A DNA stretch of 48,431 bases from a phage. The notes under the pieces are model-generated. The model was not told the DNA's origin. It searched no databases and saw nothing but the letters and a program-made list of their open reading frames with translations. Positions within the stretch are counted from its first letter, which is position 1, and every line of letters begins with the position of its first letter. The DNA is taken from the NCBI GenBank assembly GCA_012646845.1, contig GCA_012646845.1_4707.1. One strand, given 5' to 3'. Positions 8,914 through 17,670 of this stretch are shown here, piece after piece. The position numbers and the translations under genes were made by a program.

Positions 8914-10568
8914 GCGAACAAGAAAAAGAAGTCGTGACGAATCAGGAAGCCACCGAACGTTCAGAGTCGTCCGTTGAAACTACGATTCCGGCAAGTGAGG
9001 GTAAAGACGAAGCTGTCACTACCGAAGGAGATGTAGCGGCTCCAGAAGCAACCCGTGAAGAAGAACCCTCACATCCACCGCTGGTTGATTTCTCGAAGGC
9101 GACGATACGTTTCCAATGCGAAGACATTCGTCCTAAGAGCCCAAAGAAAACAAAACGTCAGCCATTGGTGTTACCGCTGTATTCTCCGCGTGTACAGACA
9201 GCGTATTACAAGGAATACATCAACGAAGCAATGGATACCGTACAAGCCATTGTCGCTCAACGCGGTAAACCTTCGGACGAGCAATTTGATAAATTCAGTA
9301 AAGCGGTAGTGCAATCGGTTGCTGATGGGCAATACCAACCGCGTGGGCCAGCTCATGATCGTGCGTTGGAACGTAAGGGCAGTCAGTGGACTAACGTACC
9401 CGTAGACTCATCGGGTGTTGGTCGTGTTATTCCTGGCATCCCGCAACCGAACCATATTCCTGATGATGTCGAAGCGCCGTTGACAGGAACCGATGCAATC
9501 TATTTTGCTATCCGTAATACGAAATCAGGTGCGCCTGCTGTAATGCCGTTATGGCATAGCGGTATTAAGCTGCAGTTCAATCCACCGTCAAATGAACGTG
9601 TCGCAATTATGCATGAACGTATTGCACGCGATAAAATCCTGGGTGGACGTGATAGTACCGGTTTCCTGTTTTCGGCAACCTCGATTATCACCATGAAACA
9701 TGCTATCGAATTAGCGTTAGAATGCTGTTACATGGCCAACGTACCGAACCTGGATATCCAGCGTTTGAAAGACATTATTCCGGTTACCGATGTTCCAGCA
9801 CTGTTGTTGAACGTGCTGGTAACCATGTACCCGTACGGGTATCCTTACGTGCAGACCTGCTATCAGAATCCAGAAACCTGCGACTATCGTGTTGAAGATA
9901 CCGTAAGCTTTGCGAAGCTCTATCAAGTTGACAACAGTGCGATTACCAAACGTATGCGACAGATCATGACCGAAGGTCCGGTCATGACCGATGAACTTTT
10001 GCGTGAGTATGCAAACGAACTGGGTGAAACAAACTCCCGTACGCTGGATCTGTCTGACAACGGTTCGGTTATCATTGAGCTTGAAGTACCGAAGATCTCA
10101 CGTCAGATTGCCATGGGCGAACGCTGGTTAAGCGATACGCTGGAAGATCTGCGTGATATTCTATCGCGTCCGTCAATGACTGAAGAAGAGCGTGATCGTG
10201 TTATTCGTGAACGTCAGTTCTATAGCTGGATGCGTCAGTATGATGCATGGATCAAATCGATGCATGTGTCGGTAAACGGTACCATGCGTCGTGTGAGCGA
10301 TGCGGATACGGCAACGGTATTAGCACAGCTGTCTCGTGACAGCGACCTTCGTGAACGCTATATCGATGGGTTGATGCAATTCATCGGCGATTCGACGATT
10401 GCGCTCGCGGCAATGCCTGCCTGGAAATGTCCGAAATGTAATACCGATATTGCTGACAATCTGCGTGACCAGAAATACTACGATCTGATTGCTTTGGATG
10501 TACCCCAGCTTTTTTTTACCCTAAACTCCGTCCAATCTCTTCAGGAGGGGATGGACGCGGTATTCTAA
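8910..10568 (+). CDS. hypothetical protein, 552 aa, acidic low-complexity N-terminus
   Basis: ORF track; AAGGAG SD; no motif recognised with confidence. Confidence 0.65.
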   Translation: MSEQEKEVVTNQEATERSESSVETTIPASEGKDEAVTTEGDVAAPEATREEEPSHPPLVDFSKATIRFQCEDIRPKSPKKTKRQPLVLPLYSPRVQTAYYKEYINEAMDTVQAIVAQRGKPSDEQFDKFSKAVVQSVADGQYQPRGPAHDRALERKGSQWTNVPVDSSGVGRVIPGIPQPNHIPDDVEAPLTGTDAIYFAIRNTKSGAPAVMPLWHSGIKLQFNPPSNERVAIMHERIARDKILGGRDSTGFLFSATSIITMKHAIELALECCYMANVPNLDIQRLKDIIPVTDVPALLLNVLVTMYPYGYPYVQTCYQNPETCDYRVEDTVSFAKLYQVDNSAITKRMRQIMTEGPVMTDELLREYANELGETNSRTLDLSDNGSVIIELEVPKISRQIAMGERWLSDTLEDLRDILSRPSMTEEERDRVIRERQFYSWMRQYDAWIKSMHVSVNGTMRRVSDADTATVLAQLSRDSDLRERYIDGLMQFIGDSTIALAAMPAWKCPKCNTDIADNLRDQKYYDLIALDVPQLFFTLNSVQSLQEGMDAVF

Positions 10569-10630
10569 TCGATCCGCGATACGGGTTACACGACGGGCAA
10601 CTTGTTCGTAATGATGAAAAAATCTGGGAA

Positions 10631-10990
10631 TTGCTATTAGCGCGTAAAGGCGACGGTGGCATGAAACTGAACATCGAAATGGGTATTGCGTACGATACCA
10701 TGTTTGGCTTGTACGATCGCGTCAGCGACTGGACGCCGTTGAAATGGGTTGCTCAGCATCCCGCTGAAGATCCCTGGGACAGATTAGGAATTAAACCCTT
10801 AATCGAAGATTATGTCCGATTCGGTATTAAAGAGTTCATGACGCTGGATGCGTTTTTACAAGCACCGTATCCTTACGCGCAAACGGTACTCAAAATCGCA
10901 CAAGACGAACTGCGGAAACGTAGTGCGGTACTGGACGACGATGAGGACAAGTTACGACGAGAAGAAGAACGTTTACGAAACGGAAAATAA
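10631..10990 (+). CDS. hypothetical protein (start uncertain: TTG 10631 or ATG 10661)
   Basis: ORF track; frame open upstream into previous gene. Confidence 0.4.
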   Translation: MLLARKGDGGMKLNIEMGIAYDTMFGLYDRVSDWTPLKWVAQHPAEDPWDRLGIKPLIEDYVRFGIKEFMTLDAFLQAPYPYAQTVLKIAQDELRKRSAVLDDDEDKLRREEERLRNGK

Positions 10991-10991
10991 A

Positions 10992-11501
10992 ATGGCGAGA
11001 TTTACCAGTTTGATTGGGTTGGATATTTGGGAAACACCGGCCGACGTTCGGGTTATTCCTGTTAACACCGTCGGTGTGATGGGACGTGGTCTTGCCAAGC
11101 AGGCAGCCGATCGTGTGCCCGGTCTTCTTGAAGCGTACCGTAAGCAATGTCAAGATGGGTTTAAGGTGGGCGAAGTCGTGTCGTATCAACACGGTGATAA
11201 CGATCAACTCACCTACGTGCTGTTTCCATCAAAATCGGATTGGCGTGAAAGAACACGACGCGAGTATATCGTTAACGGTTTACTGGCGTTGAAAGCGTGG
11301 TTATTGGAGCTTCAGTTCGAAAGAGACGGCTTCTCATACCACCGTCCGGCTGAACCGTTGATTGTCGCAATTCCTCCGGTTGGTTCTGGTTGCGGTAATA
11401 TCGGTTACGGACAATCCGAAACAATCCAGCCTCAGTGGGTACGCGCACAAATCAAACAGTATCTTGCCACCGTACCGAACGTTCATTTCTACTTGTTCTA
11501 A
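10992..11501 (+). CDS. macro-domain protein (ADP-ribose binding/hydrolase family)
   Basis: VIPVNTVGVMGRGLAKQ and IVAIPPVGSGCGNIGYG resemble the two conserved macro-domain glycine-rich loops; ATG at 10992 in ORF-track frame. Confidence 0.65.
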   Translation: MARFTSLIGLDIWETPADVRVIPVNTVGVMGRGLAKQAADRVPGLLEAYRKQCQDGFKVGEVVSYQHGDNDQLTYVLFPSKSDWRERTRREYIVNGLLALKAWLLELQFERDGFSYHRPAEPLIVAIPPVGSGCGNIGYGQSETIQPQWVRAQIKQYLATVPNVHFYLF

Positions 11502-11517
11502 TGCAGCGGTAACATAA

Positions 11518-11549
11518 CCCTCCTCCAACCCGTAAGGGAAGGAGGAGGG
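11518..11549. terminator. hairpin CCCTCCTCC...GGAGGAGGG with nested CCC-GTAA-GGG, between convergent genes
   Basis: perfect 9-bp inverted repeat read directly. Confidence 0.5.
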
Positions 11550-11566
11550 CTTATGCTGTTATGCTA

Positions 11567-11941
11567 TTAATGTTCGTTCCAGACGGCATCTTCCGGTGGA
11601 ACAATAGGATCTTTCTTCGGCATTGACGGCACTTCATGACGATGTTTACGGAACTGTCCGTCGATAACTTCACGAAGCCGGTACGCATCAACCCACGTTG
11701 ATTTATTGAACAGCTCCAACGTCACAGTTAATCGCGTTCTTGACATTGAATAGCTTTTCTTTGCAATCAAATCGGGATAATTCAGTTGAGCGAACCATGC
11801 CCGTATTTGTGCTTCGGTAAAAGCGATGCTGTAATAACTAAGTTTACCGTCATTAAAATCGTGCGCGTGGGTGTAACGTCCAGCGTAACGCCAAACAAGA
11901 TGCACATTCAGATCTATCCATGGTGGGGTGGTATCAGCCAT
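11567..11941 (-). CDS. hypothetical protein
   Basis: ORF track; GAGGGT SD. Confidence 0.6.
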   Translation of the reverse strand: MADTTPPWIDLNVHLVWRYAGRYTHAHDFNDGKLSYYSIAFTEAQIRAWFAQLNYPDLIAKKSYSMSRTRLTVTLELFNKSTWVDAYRLREVIDGQFRKHRHEVPSMPKKDPIVPPEDAVWNEH

Positions 11942-11950
11942 GCGTTACCC

Positions 11951-12520
11951 TCAACGATTCTTCATCACTTTACCCAGGCTTTCGATATTATCCCAAAAGC
12001 GATTTTTACTTGGCGCATCGCCAACGATAACCGACATCAAATCGCGACGTTCACGACTGATGATGCCCTGCGATTTCCAGATCACCATCGTCCAGCAAGC
12101 AGCCAGAACAAACAGATGGTTAATACTCGGTTTGGTTTGTGCGATGAACGCAAGCCATGCCCAGATACCGGTGTATACTACCGTCACTAAAAAGAGAGAG
12201 ATTGTTGCAACGACAACAACGAAGTTTTGGATGGCTGGCTGATTGGCGTTATCCTGAAAAGCGGTAAGATCAGGAAGATTACCTTCAACGGAACTCGTAT
12301 CATCGATTTCCAATTCTTCGATTTCTTTTCGTATGTCGGGAGCTAATCCGGCATCATCAAGATGCTTCTTTAACCGCTGAATACTTAATCGTTGTCCGAC
12401 AGGGATATTAATGTTGTCGTAACTATTAAGCGCATCAACCAGGGAGCGTCCGTCAACGAGAACCAAGCTCGCAGTACCCATCGTCTGCGGTTTTATTTTG
12501 TAAAGGTCTTTTACTTTCAT
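11951..12520 (-). CDS. hypothetical membrane protein
   Basis: ORF track; hydrophobic segments (VVVVATISLFLVTVVYTGIWAWLAFI). Confidence 0.6.
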   Translation of the reverse strand: MKVKDLYKIKPQTMGTASLVLVDGRSLVDALNSYDNINIPVGQRLSIQRLKKHLDDAGLAPDIRKEIEELEIDDTSSVEGNLPDLTAFQDNANQPAIQNFVVVVATISLFLVTVVYTGIWAWLAFIAQTKPSINHLFVLAACWTMVIWKSQGIISRERRDLMSVIVGDAPSKNRFWDNIESLGKVMKNR

Positions 12521-12541
12521 GTAGACACCACCTCCAACGTG

Positions 12542-15154
12542 TTATACGTCCGGCGTAAAATCAAAAGGAACGTCCGTACGAATGATATCATAACGTTTTC
12601 CTAAGAAATAGAACTCTTCGGGAACCAGACCGGGAACGATGCTATCGCCGATGAACTGTGGGTATGCCCAGATGTACTGAGTGAGTCCTTCGAACATATC
12701 CAGGTTATTTGCGTGGTTACCCATGATACGTTTCCAGAGTTCGCGTTTATACGGTGTTTTAACATCGAACCCATAAAGCGGTGCGAGGTCTTCACCAGGA
12801 ACAAATCCCAGGTAATAGTGGATCTGACTAACCGGGAAACCAAGCGTATCTCGCGGAATGGTGATCGCTTGCTCAGCCTTGGTGACATGCGTCTCAATAA
12901 TCCAGTCGTAGCACTCCGAATAGAACCGATCGAATTTCTCTGGATTATACCACGCTTTGGGAAGATTCAGTTTCTCCGTGAACGCGTTCGACATGATCGT
13001 CGGCAAGAACGGAAGAACGCCGGTTTTGATCTGTGTGTATTTCGATTTTACCCGATTGACTAGATTCCAGCAACTGTATCCTAATTGATCGTTGCAGAAC
13101 TCAACGTAGAGATCGTAATCCCCACCCGATAATGGATTATTAATATCGCCGATGTCTGCCGCATATTTGTTGGGGTATCGGTTATTGAAAGCCAGTTTGG
13201 TTTGGTAATCGTAAATGCACGGTTTATTGTTCTTCGTGTTAATCCACCACCAGGGTTCACCCACCTGCACACAAATGTCTTGGACATGCGGGTAGATGAT
13301 ATCAGCAAACGCGGTTAACACATCCCCTAACCACGCCATCGCGTGTTGGTTGCATGGCGACAACAACCAAGACGGCGGCGTATATCCGGTTGCTGCTATG
13401 TTTCCTTCCCAATCCTGCTGCGCCCACTCGAACGGGCATGCCGTACTCATCAATTCGTAACTTAAACTGATTGTAACAGAGAAATGGTGTTTTGCAGCGT
13501 ATGCGGCGAAAGCTTCATGCCATGCGATACAGGGTGGGTTGAGTACATCTGTGGTGTTCACCAGTAACTTACTCGCACTTGGTGTCCAGACAGTATCGTA
13601 GAAATGCGACATTCCAACATAGTGCACTAATTCATCTTGATATCCCGCATAAACCAGGTTCTCAAATACGCGTTCCGGCGTGATATTGTAATGGTCGTCA
13701 TAAGCGGTTATCGCACGAAGCTCGTGTGGTGTACATTGGTGACGATTAACCGTCATTTCCTGATACACCCCATCAATAGGAAGAATCTCGAGGGTTAAAC
13801 AGAGGTCGATCGGTGTTTCCAGGTAGGTCGTTTCTGTAGCACCTTCCTTATAATGTCGAGAACTCATGCTGAACATCAACGACGTGACCGATTCGAGTTC
13901 GATAGGTTCGTCAGCATAGAACCCCGCCATTGCGTCGTTGAAATCGATCGTTACGATTGCGCTTGTACCGTCTTCAGAGACGTCGGTGGCGTATCGGGTT
14001 AATGAGATATACTGACGGCTATCGTCTTTGTGTACGACGGTTAAAACCGGCGGGTTTTCGGTATCTGCAAAGTTCCGCTGGTCACCAGTAAACGTGATCT
14101 TGGCTTTAAAGATCAAACCGAGCAACGACGTCATGGGATCATACGCAACACAACCATGATCTAGCGTATCCGTTGTCCGCCATTCTATCCCTACCAACCC
14201 GTTAGCGGTATGGCATCGCATATACGCATTAAGTGTCATGTCTTCACTGACAACCGCGAAGTTCTCTGTAGATTGACCATTGATAATCCAATACATCGGT
14301 TGCCAGAGGTTACGCGTGCCTTTTGCGTAGCGGTAGGTTGGTGCACCTTTAGGGTTGCCGTTATTGAGATGGAATACAGCCGTACCTTGGTAATGATCGT
14401 TCGTGTTAATCGGAACACTGTACGCGTCGCCGAGGTCCGTACGTTCGACCTTCGTGACAGTTGCGTTTTCAAACAGCCCACGTAGTGTAGGAAGACCAAT
14501 GTCATCAGGCGCGTTTTCTCGGCGAATCGCGTCCGCGATGCGGTGGGCTAGGGCGGGGTAAATGGTCTCACCCTGCTGTAGGTTTGCAAGACCTACAAAG
14601 CGATCGGGGTTGATACCAGCAATCAATAACTCGACATCGCCCTTCGTTCTATCGTCATGGAGGTATTTCAGTCCAGTAAGATCAAGATGTTGAATTAACG
14701 ACAACAGATTGTACTTACGGTTTTCAACAGTCAGTGCAAGATCACCCGCCCAAACCAAACTTCCCTCATCCGCCGTTACTCTAACGGATTGGCGGCCTGT
14801 GGTGGACGTTGTTGTCGTTTTATTTAATTGTCCTTGTAGGAAGTCGGTTGCGAGGTCAAAGGCAACGCCGTAACGGTCAGCGACCGCCTGCATGATTTCA
14901 CGTAACTGGGTATCTTCTTCAATGATGATCTTGACGGGTATTCCCAAGAACGCCTTGGCGAGGTCTCGCTTAACCATCGAGACGAATACGGATTTGTAAT
15001 ATCGGCCTCCATCTTTCCCTTTAAAAAGAATGGAGGTTGTTTCGGGTGACGATAGAACACGTGCAAATACAACATCGTCGAAAGTAAGAGAAAGTCCGTT
15101 TTTCTCGTTGGTTAATCTTAGTATTTCATTTTGCGCGGTTTCATGTAACTTCAT
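12542..15154 (-). CDS. tail fibre/tailspike-like protein with shared N-terminal anchor module
   Basis: 870 aa; N-terminal ~170 aa homologous to 21881..23635, 21196..21723 and 27286..28116 (RDLAKAFLGIP; NKTTTTSTTGRQSV...LTGLKYLHDDRTKG). Confidence 0.7.
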   Translation of the reverse strand: MKLHETAQNEILRLTNEKNGLSLTFDDVVFARVLSSPETTSILFKGKDGGRYYKSVFVSMVKRDLAKAFLGIPVKIIIEEDTQLREIMQAVADRYGVAFDLATDFLQGQLNKTTTTSTTGRQSVRVTADEGSLVWAGDLALTVENRKYNLLSLIQHLDLTGLKYLHDDRTKGDVELLIAGINPDRFVGLANLQQGETIYPALAHRIADAIRRENAPDDIGLPTLRGLFENATVTKVERTDLGDAYSVPINTNDHYQGTAVFHLNNGNPKGAPTYRYAKGTRNLWQPMYWIINGQSTENFAVVSEDMTLNAYMRCHTANGLVGIEWRTTDTLDHGCVAYDPMTSLLGLIFKAKITFTGDQRNFADTENPPVLTVVHKDDSRQYISLTRYATDVSEDGTSAIVTIDFNDAMAGFYADEPIELESVTSLMFSMSSRHYKEGATETTYLETPIDLCLTLEILPIDGVYQEMTVNRHQCTPHELRAITAYDDHYNITPERVFENLVYAGYQDELVHYVGMSHFYDTVWTPSASKLLVNTTDVLNPPCIAWHEAFAAYAAKHHFSVTISLSYELMSTACPFEWAQQDWEGNIAATGYTPPSWLLSPCNQHAMAWLGDVLTAFADIIYPHVQDICVQVGEPWWWINTKNNKPCIYDYQTKLAFNNRYPNKYAADIGDINNPLSGGDYDLYVEFCNDQLGYSCWNLVNRVKSKYTQIKTGVLPFLPTIMSNAFTEKLNLPKAWYNPEKFDRFYSECYDWIIETHVTKAEQAITIPRDTLGFPVSQIHYYLGFVPGEDLAPLYGFDVKTPYKRELWKRIMGNHANNLDMFEGLTQYIWAYPQFIGDSIVPGLVPEEFYFLGKRYDIIRTDVPFDFTPDV

Positions 15155-15176
15155 TGAAAACCTCAGCCCTTTAGAA

Positions 15177-15818
15177 TTAGATGTACTGCTTACCGCCCAC
15201 GAAGGAAGTTAGCCAGTTCCCACTGACAAGCTGTGATACCCAGCCAGGCACTGCCCTGCCATTCTGGCTCATGACATTACCACACCAGCCAGGGAATCCG
15301 GGACGGATATAATAGAAAGTTAAATTGTAGAGATGGCAATTCCATACCGCAACGTTATGTTTACCAGAAACCGCTTTAAAGACAAACGCAACGGGTAAAG
15401 GCGACGATAACAATTCGGTCACAGGGACGGCCGACCAGTTCGCATTCGCATTCCATGGTTGCCAGGTATGGCTACGCGAGTCGCAAAATACGTTACCGTT
15501 GTTACCGCGCCCACCCGCATGCCACCACAGCGACGGACTCATGTTCTTAAGTGAGGTAAATTGCTGTGGTGGAATATTAGGAATAATAACAGGGTTGGTA
15601 CCTTGCCCATGTTTCTTTTCTTTTGCGTTTACATACCCACTTATCGATTCGAGGTATTTGACACCAGGATAATTGTTCTGGACTTGTGTCGCAATATCAC
15701 GGACATCAAACGTCCAGCAGATCATGGTGTTGTAGTAAGCATCGGTGTTGTCGTACCAAGCGTTACCATCTTGTAAACGTGCGCCACTATTCGGTGTTTT
15801 ATCTGTGCTTATAGCCAT
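15177..15818 (-). CDS. hypothetical protein, paralogue sharing C-terminal module with 15925..16590
   Basis: C-terminus GFPGWCGNVMSQNGRAVPGWVSQLVSGNWLTSFVGGKQY nearly identical to neighbour; ~100-bp near-identical DNA. Confidence 0.65.
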   Translation of the reverse strand: MAISTDKTPNSGARLQDGNAWYDNTDAYYNTMICWTFDVRDIATQVQNNYPGVKYLESISGYVNAKEKKHGQGTNPVIIPNIPPQQFTSLKNMSPSLWWHAGGRGNNGNVFCDSRSHTWQPWNANANWSAVPVTELLSSPLPVAFVFKAVSGKHNVAVWNCHLYNLTFYYIRPGFPGWCGNVMSQNGRAVPGWVSQLVSGNWLTSFVGGKQYI

Positions 15819-15924
15819 GTTATTGTCCTATACTACGATGATTGAGATATCGAATGTCGGACGCTTGGTGCCGTCTGGTAGTACATACAGAAACACCCAC
15901 AGATAAAACAATAACTCCCATCAA

Positions 15925-16590
15925 TTAAATTGATGTTAGATACTGCTTACCTCCGACAAACGATGTCAACCAGTTCCCACTGACAAGCTGTGATACCCAG
16001 CCAGGCACTGCCCTGCCATTCTGGCTCATCACGTTACCGGCCCATCCCGGAAAACCAGGTCGGAAAATATATACTTGAATATGTGTTAAAGCGTTATCAT
16101 TACCTCCACCAACAGCAACATTACGACGTCCGGATGATGGGAAATATTCTTTTAAGAACAGGGGATCGTTTGCCAATAAAGAAGCAGGCCAAGGATTAGC
16201 GGATGCGTCAACATCGAATTCGGTCCATCGCCATTTGCGCCCAGTATCGAACCAGGTTGACGTACCACCGCCACGCACCGCAAGATTGCGTGCGTCACGG
16301 GCACTGTATATTGATTCGATGTTGCGCCACCCACCTTTTGCGACGTTTGCCGCATAGCAAATCGCATTACCACCATTCTTCTTTTCGTAAACGGTTCGTT
16401 TGATATGAACACGGTCGATAAACGCTTCACCGTATTTGTTGACGAGTGTTTGCGCGATATCACGAAGATCGTGCATATGAAAGGCGATGTCTTCGTTGTG
16501 GAACCACGTTGTCGGGTTCCAAACGGTGCCGTTTGGTTCGGCACACATCGATCTGATGTTGTTGCGTTGATTAATCGCGATAAAGCCCAT
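15925..16590 (-). CDS. hypothetical protein, paralogue of 15177..15818
   Basis: start set to ATG 16590 (GAGGTGGACC SD), aligns with N-terminus of paralogue. Confidence 0.6.
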   Translation of the reverse strand: MGFIAINQRNNIRSMCAEPNGTVWNPTTWFHNEDIAFHMHDLRDIAQTLVNKYGEAFIDRVHIKRTVYEKKNGGNAICYAANVAKGGWRNIESIYSARDARNLAVRGGGTSTWFDTGRKWRWTEFDVDASANPWPASLLANDPLFLKEYFPSSGRRNVAVGGGNDNALTHIQVYIFRPGFPGWAGNVMSQNGRAVPGWVSQLVSGNWLTSFVGGKQYLTSI

Positions 16591-16653
16591 GGTCCACCTC
16601 GTTCCTGTTCTCGAAGGAAATTTCATACGATGACGCCATAACAGCTCCCCCAT

Positions 16654-16695
16654 CCTCCCTTCCCTTACGGGTTGGGAGGATGTAAGGGAAGGAGG
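16654..16695 (-). terminator. long hairpin CCTCCCTTCCCTTAC...GTAAGGGAAGGAGG downstream of lipoprotein gene
   Basis: ~14-bp inverted repeat read directly. Confidence 0.5.
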
Positions 16696-16705
16696 AACTA
16701 CTTAA

Positions 16706-17209
16706 TTACTCGCTGACAACCTCAACGGAATTGGGATCGGCGATCAGCGCACGGTCGGTAGAACAATTGAAGAAGACCATGCCAACACCATCGCCGTTCG
16801 AGTTCAGGGTTGAACTTACGTAAGACAATGCTGGTTTATTCATACGGTAGAAGCGTTCGTTGGTGGTGGTATTGAACCCCAGATCAACGTAGTCTTTCAC
16901 CGTGGTGTACAACTGTGTGGACTCGAAAACGGTTACCGGAGAGTCAACGGTAAACTGACTACCTTCGTCCACTACCAGAACTTTATCGTTCCAGATTTCA
17001 GTGGTTGAGAACTTCGGTTTCCAGTGTTCGAATTCCTGGGTTGCTCCCCAGCAGGAATACACAGCGAGATCGCTGTTCTTCTCAACAGGTTTTAACCCCA
17101 CCAGTTGTGTCAGACCTTTATCCAGATTCGGTAAGCCTTCCAGTGTAGCACACCCACCCAGAGAAAGTACCATCAACATACCGAGAATAATCGCGCAAAG
17201 TTTCTTCAT
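16706..17209 (-). CDS. lipoprotein (signal peptide with lipobox LGGC)
   Basis: MKKLCAIILGMLMVLSLGGCATLEG; AAGGAAA SD. Confidence 0.75.
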   Translation of the reverse strand: MKKLCAIILGMLMVLSLGGCATLEGLPNLDKGLTQLVGLKPVEKNSDLAVYSCWGATQEFEHWKPKFSTTEIWNDKVLVVDEGSQFTVDSPVTVFESTQLYTTVKDYVDLGFNTTTNERFYRMNKPALSYVSSTLNSNGDGVGMVFFNCSTDRALIADPNSVEVVSE

Positions 17210-17253
17210 CGTCGGATTTCCTTATGTGTTAACGGAAGTGATTTCCATAGTAA

Positions 17254-17670
17254 TTACACAGTTTTAGGAAATTCCGGCCAATCGATATTTGGCGCGGCGT
17301 CGGTATCGATAGCCGTCACCTCGTCAATGTAATCCAAAACAGCATTAAGTTGGGCTGTTTCTTCCGGAGTCAGTTTTCGCCCGGCCCGTAATTTTAACTG
17401 AATAAGATCAATGGAAGCCAGCGCAGAGTCAATCAGAGATTTTTTCATCTGTTCTGCCTCGGCGACGAGATCTTCGTGTTGCCGCTCGGGTTCCGGAGGT
17501 GCGGTAAACTCACCATTTGAGTATAACCAACCTATTCCGGGCGACACAGCTCCCGTATCGCTAATGCCGACCAACTGTTGATTGTCAGATACATTGAGTT
17601 CTGCTTCGCCATCGTAAACGATCGTGTTTACTACCACCCCATTTTCAATAACAGCGTATGATGTACTCAT
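17254..17670 (-). CDS. tfa: tail fibre assembly chaperone (lambda Tfa-like)
   Basis: C-terminus AEAEQMKKSL...LDYIDEVTAIDTDAAPNIDWPEFP matches lambda Tfa C-terminal domain; ATG overlaps fibre stop (TAATG). Confidence 0.8.
   Translation of the reverse strand: MSTSYAVIENGVVVNTIVYDGEAELNVSDNQQLVGISDTGAVSPGIGWLYSNGEFTAPPEPERQHEDLVAEAEQMKKSLIDSALASIDLIQLKLRAGRKLTPEETAQLNAVLDYIDEVTAIDTDAAPNIDWPEFPKTV

Noticed and set aside
8910-10568. ADP-ribosyltransferase (R-S-E motif) assignment for the 552-aa protein upstream of the macro domain
   Set aside because: Candidate R (YFAIR), STS-like (FSATS) and ExE (ELEVP) segments exist but spacing is atypical and the match is by eye only; left as hypothetical.
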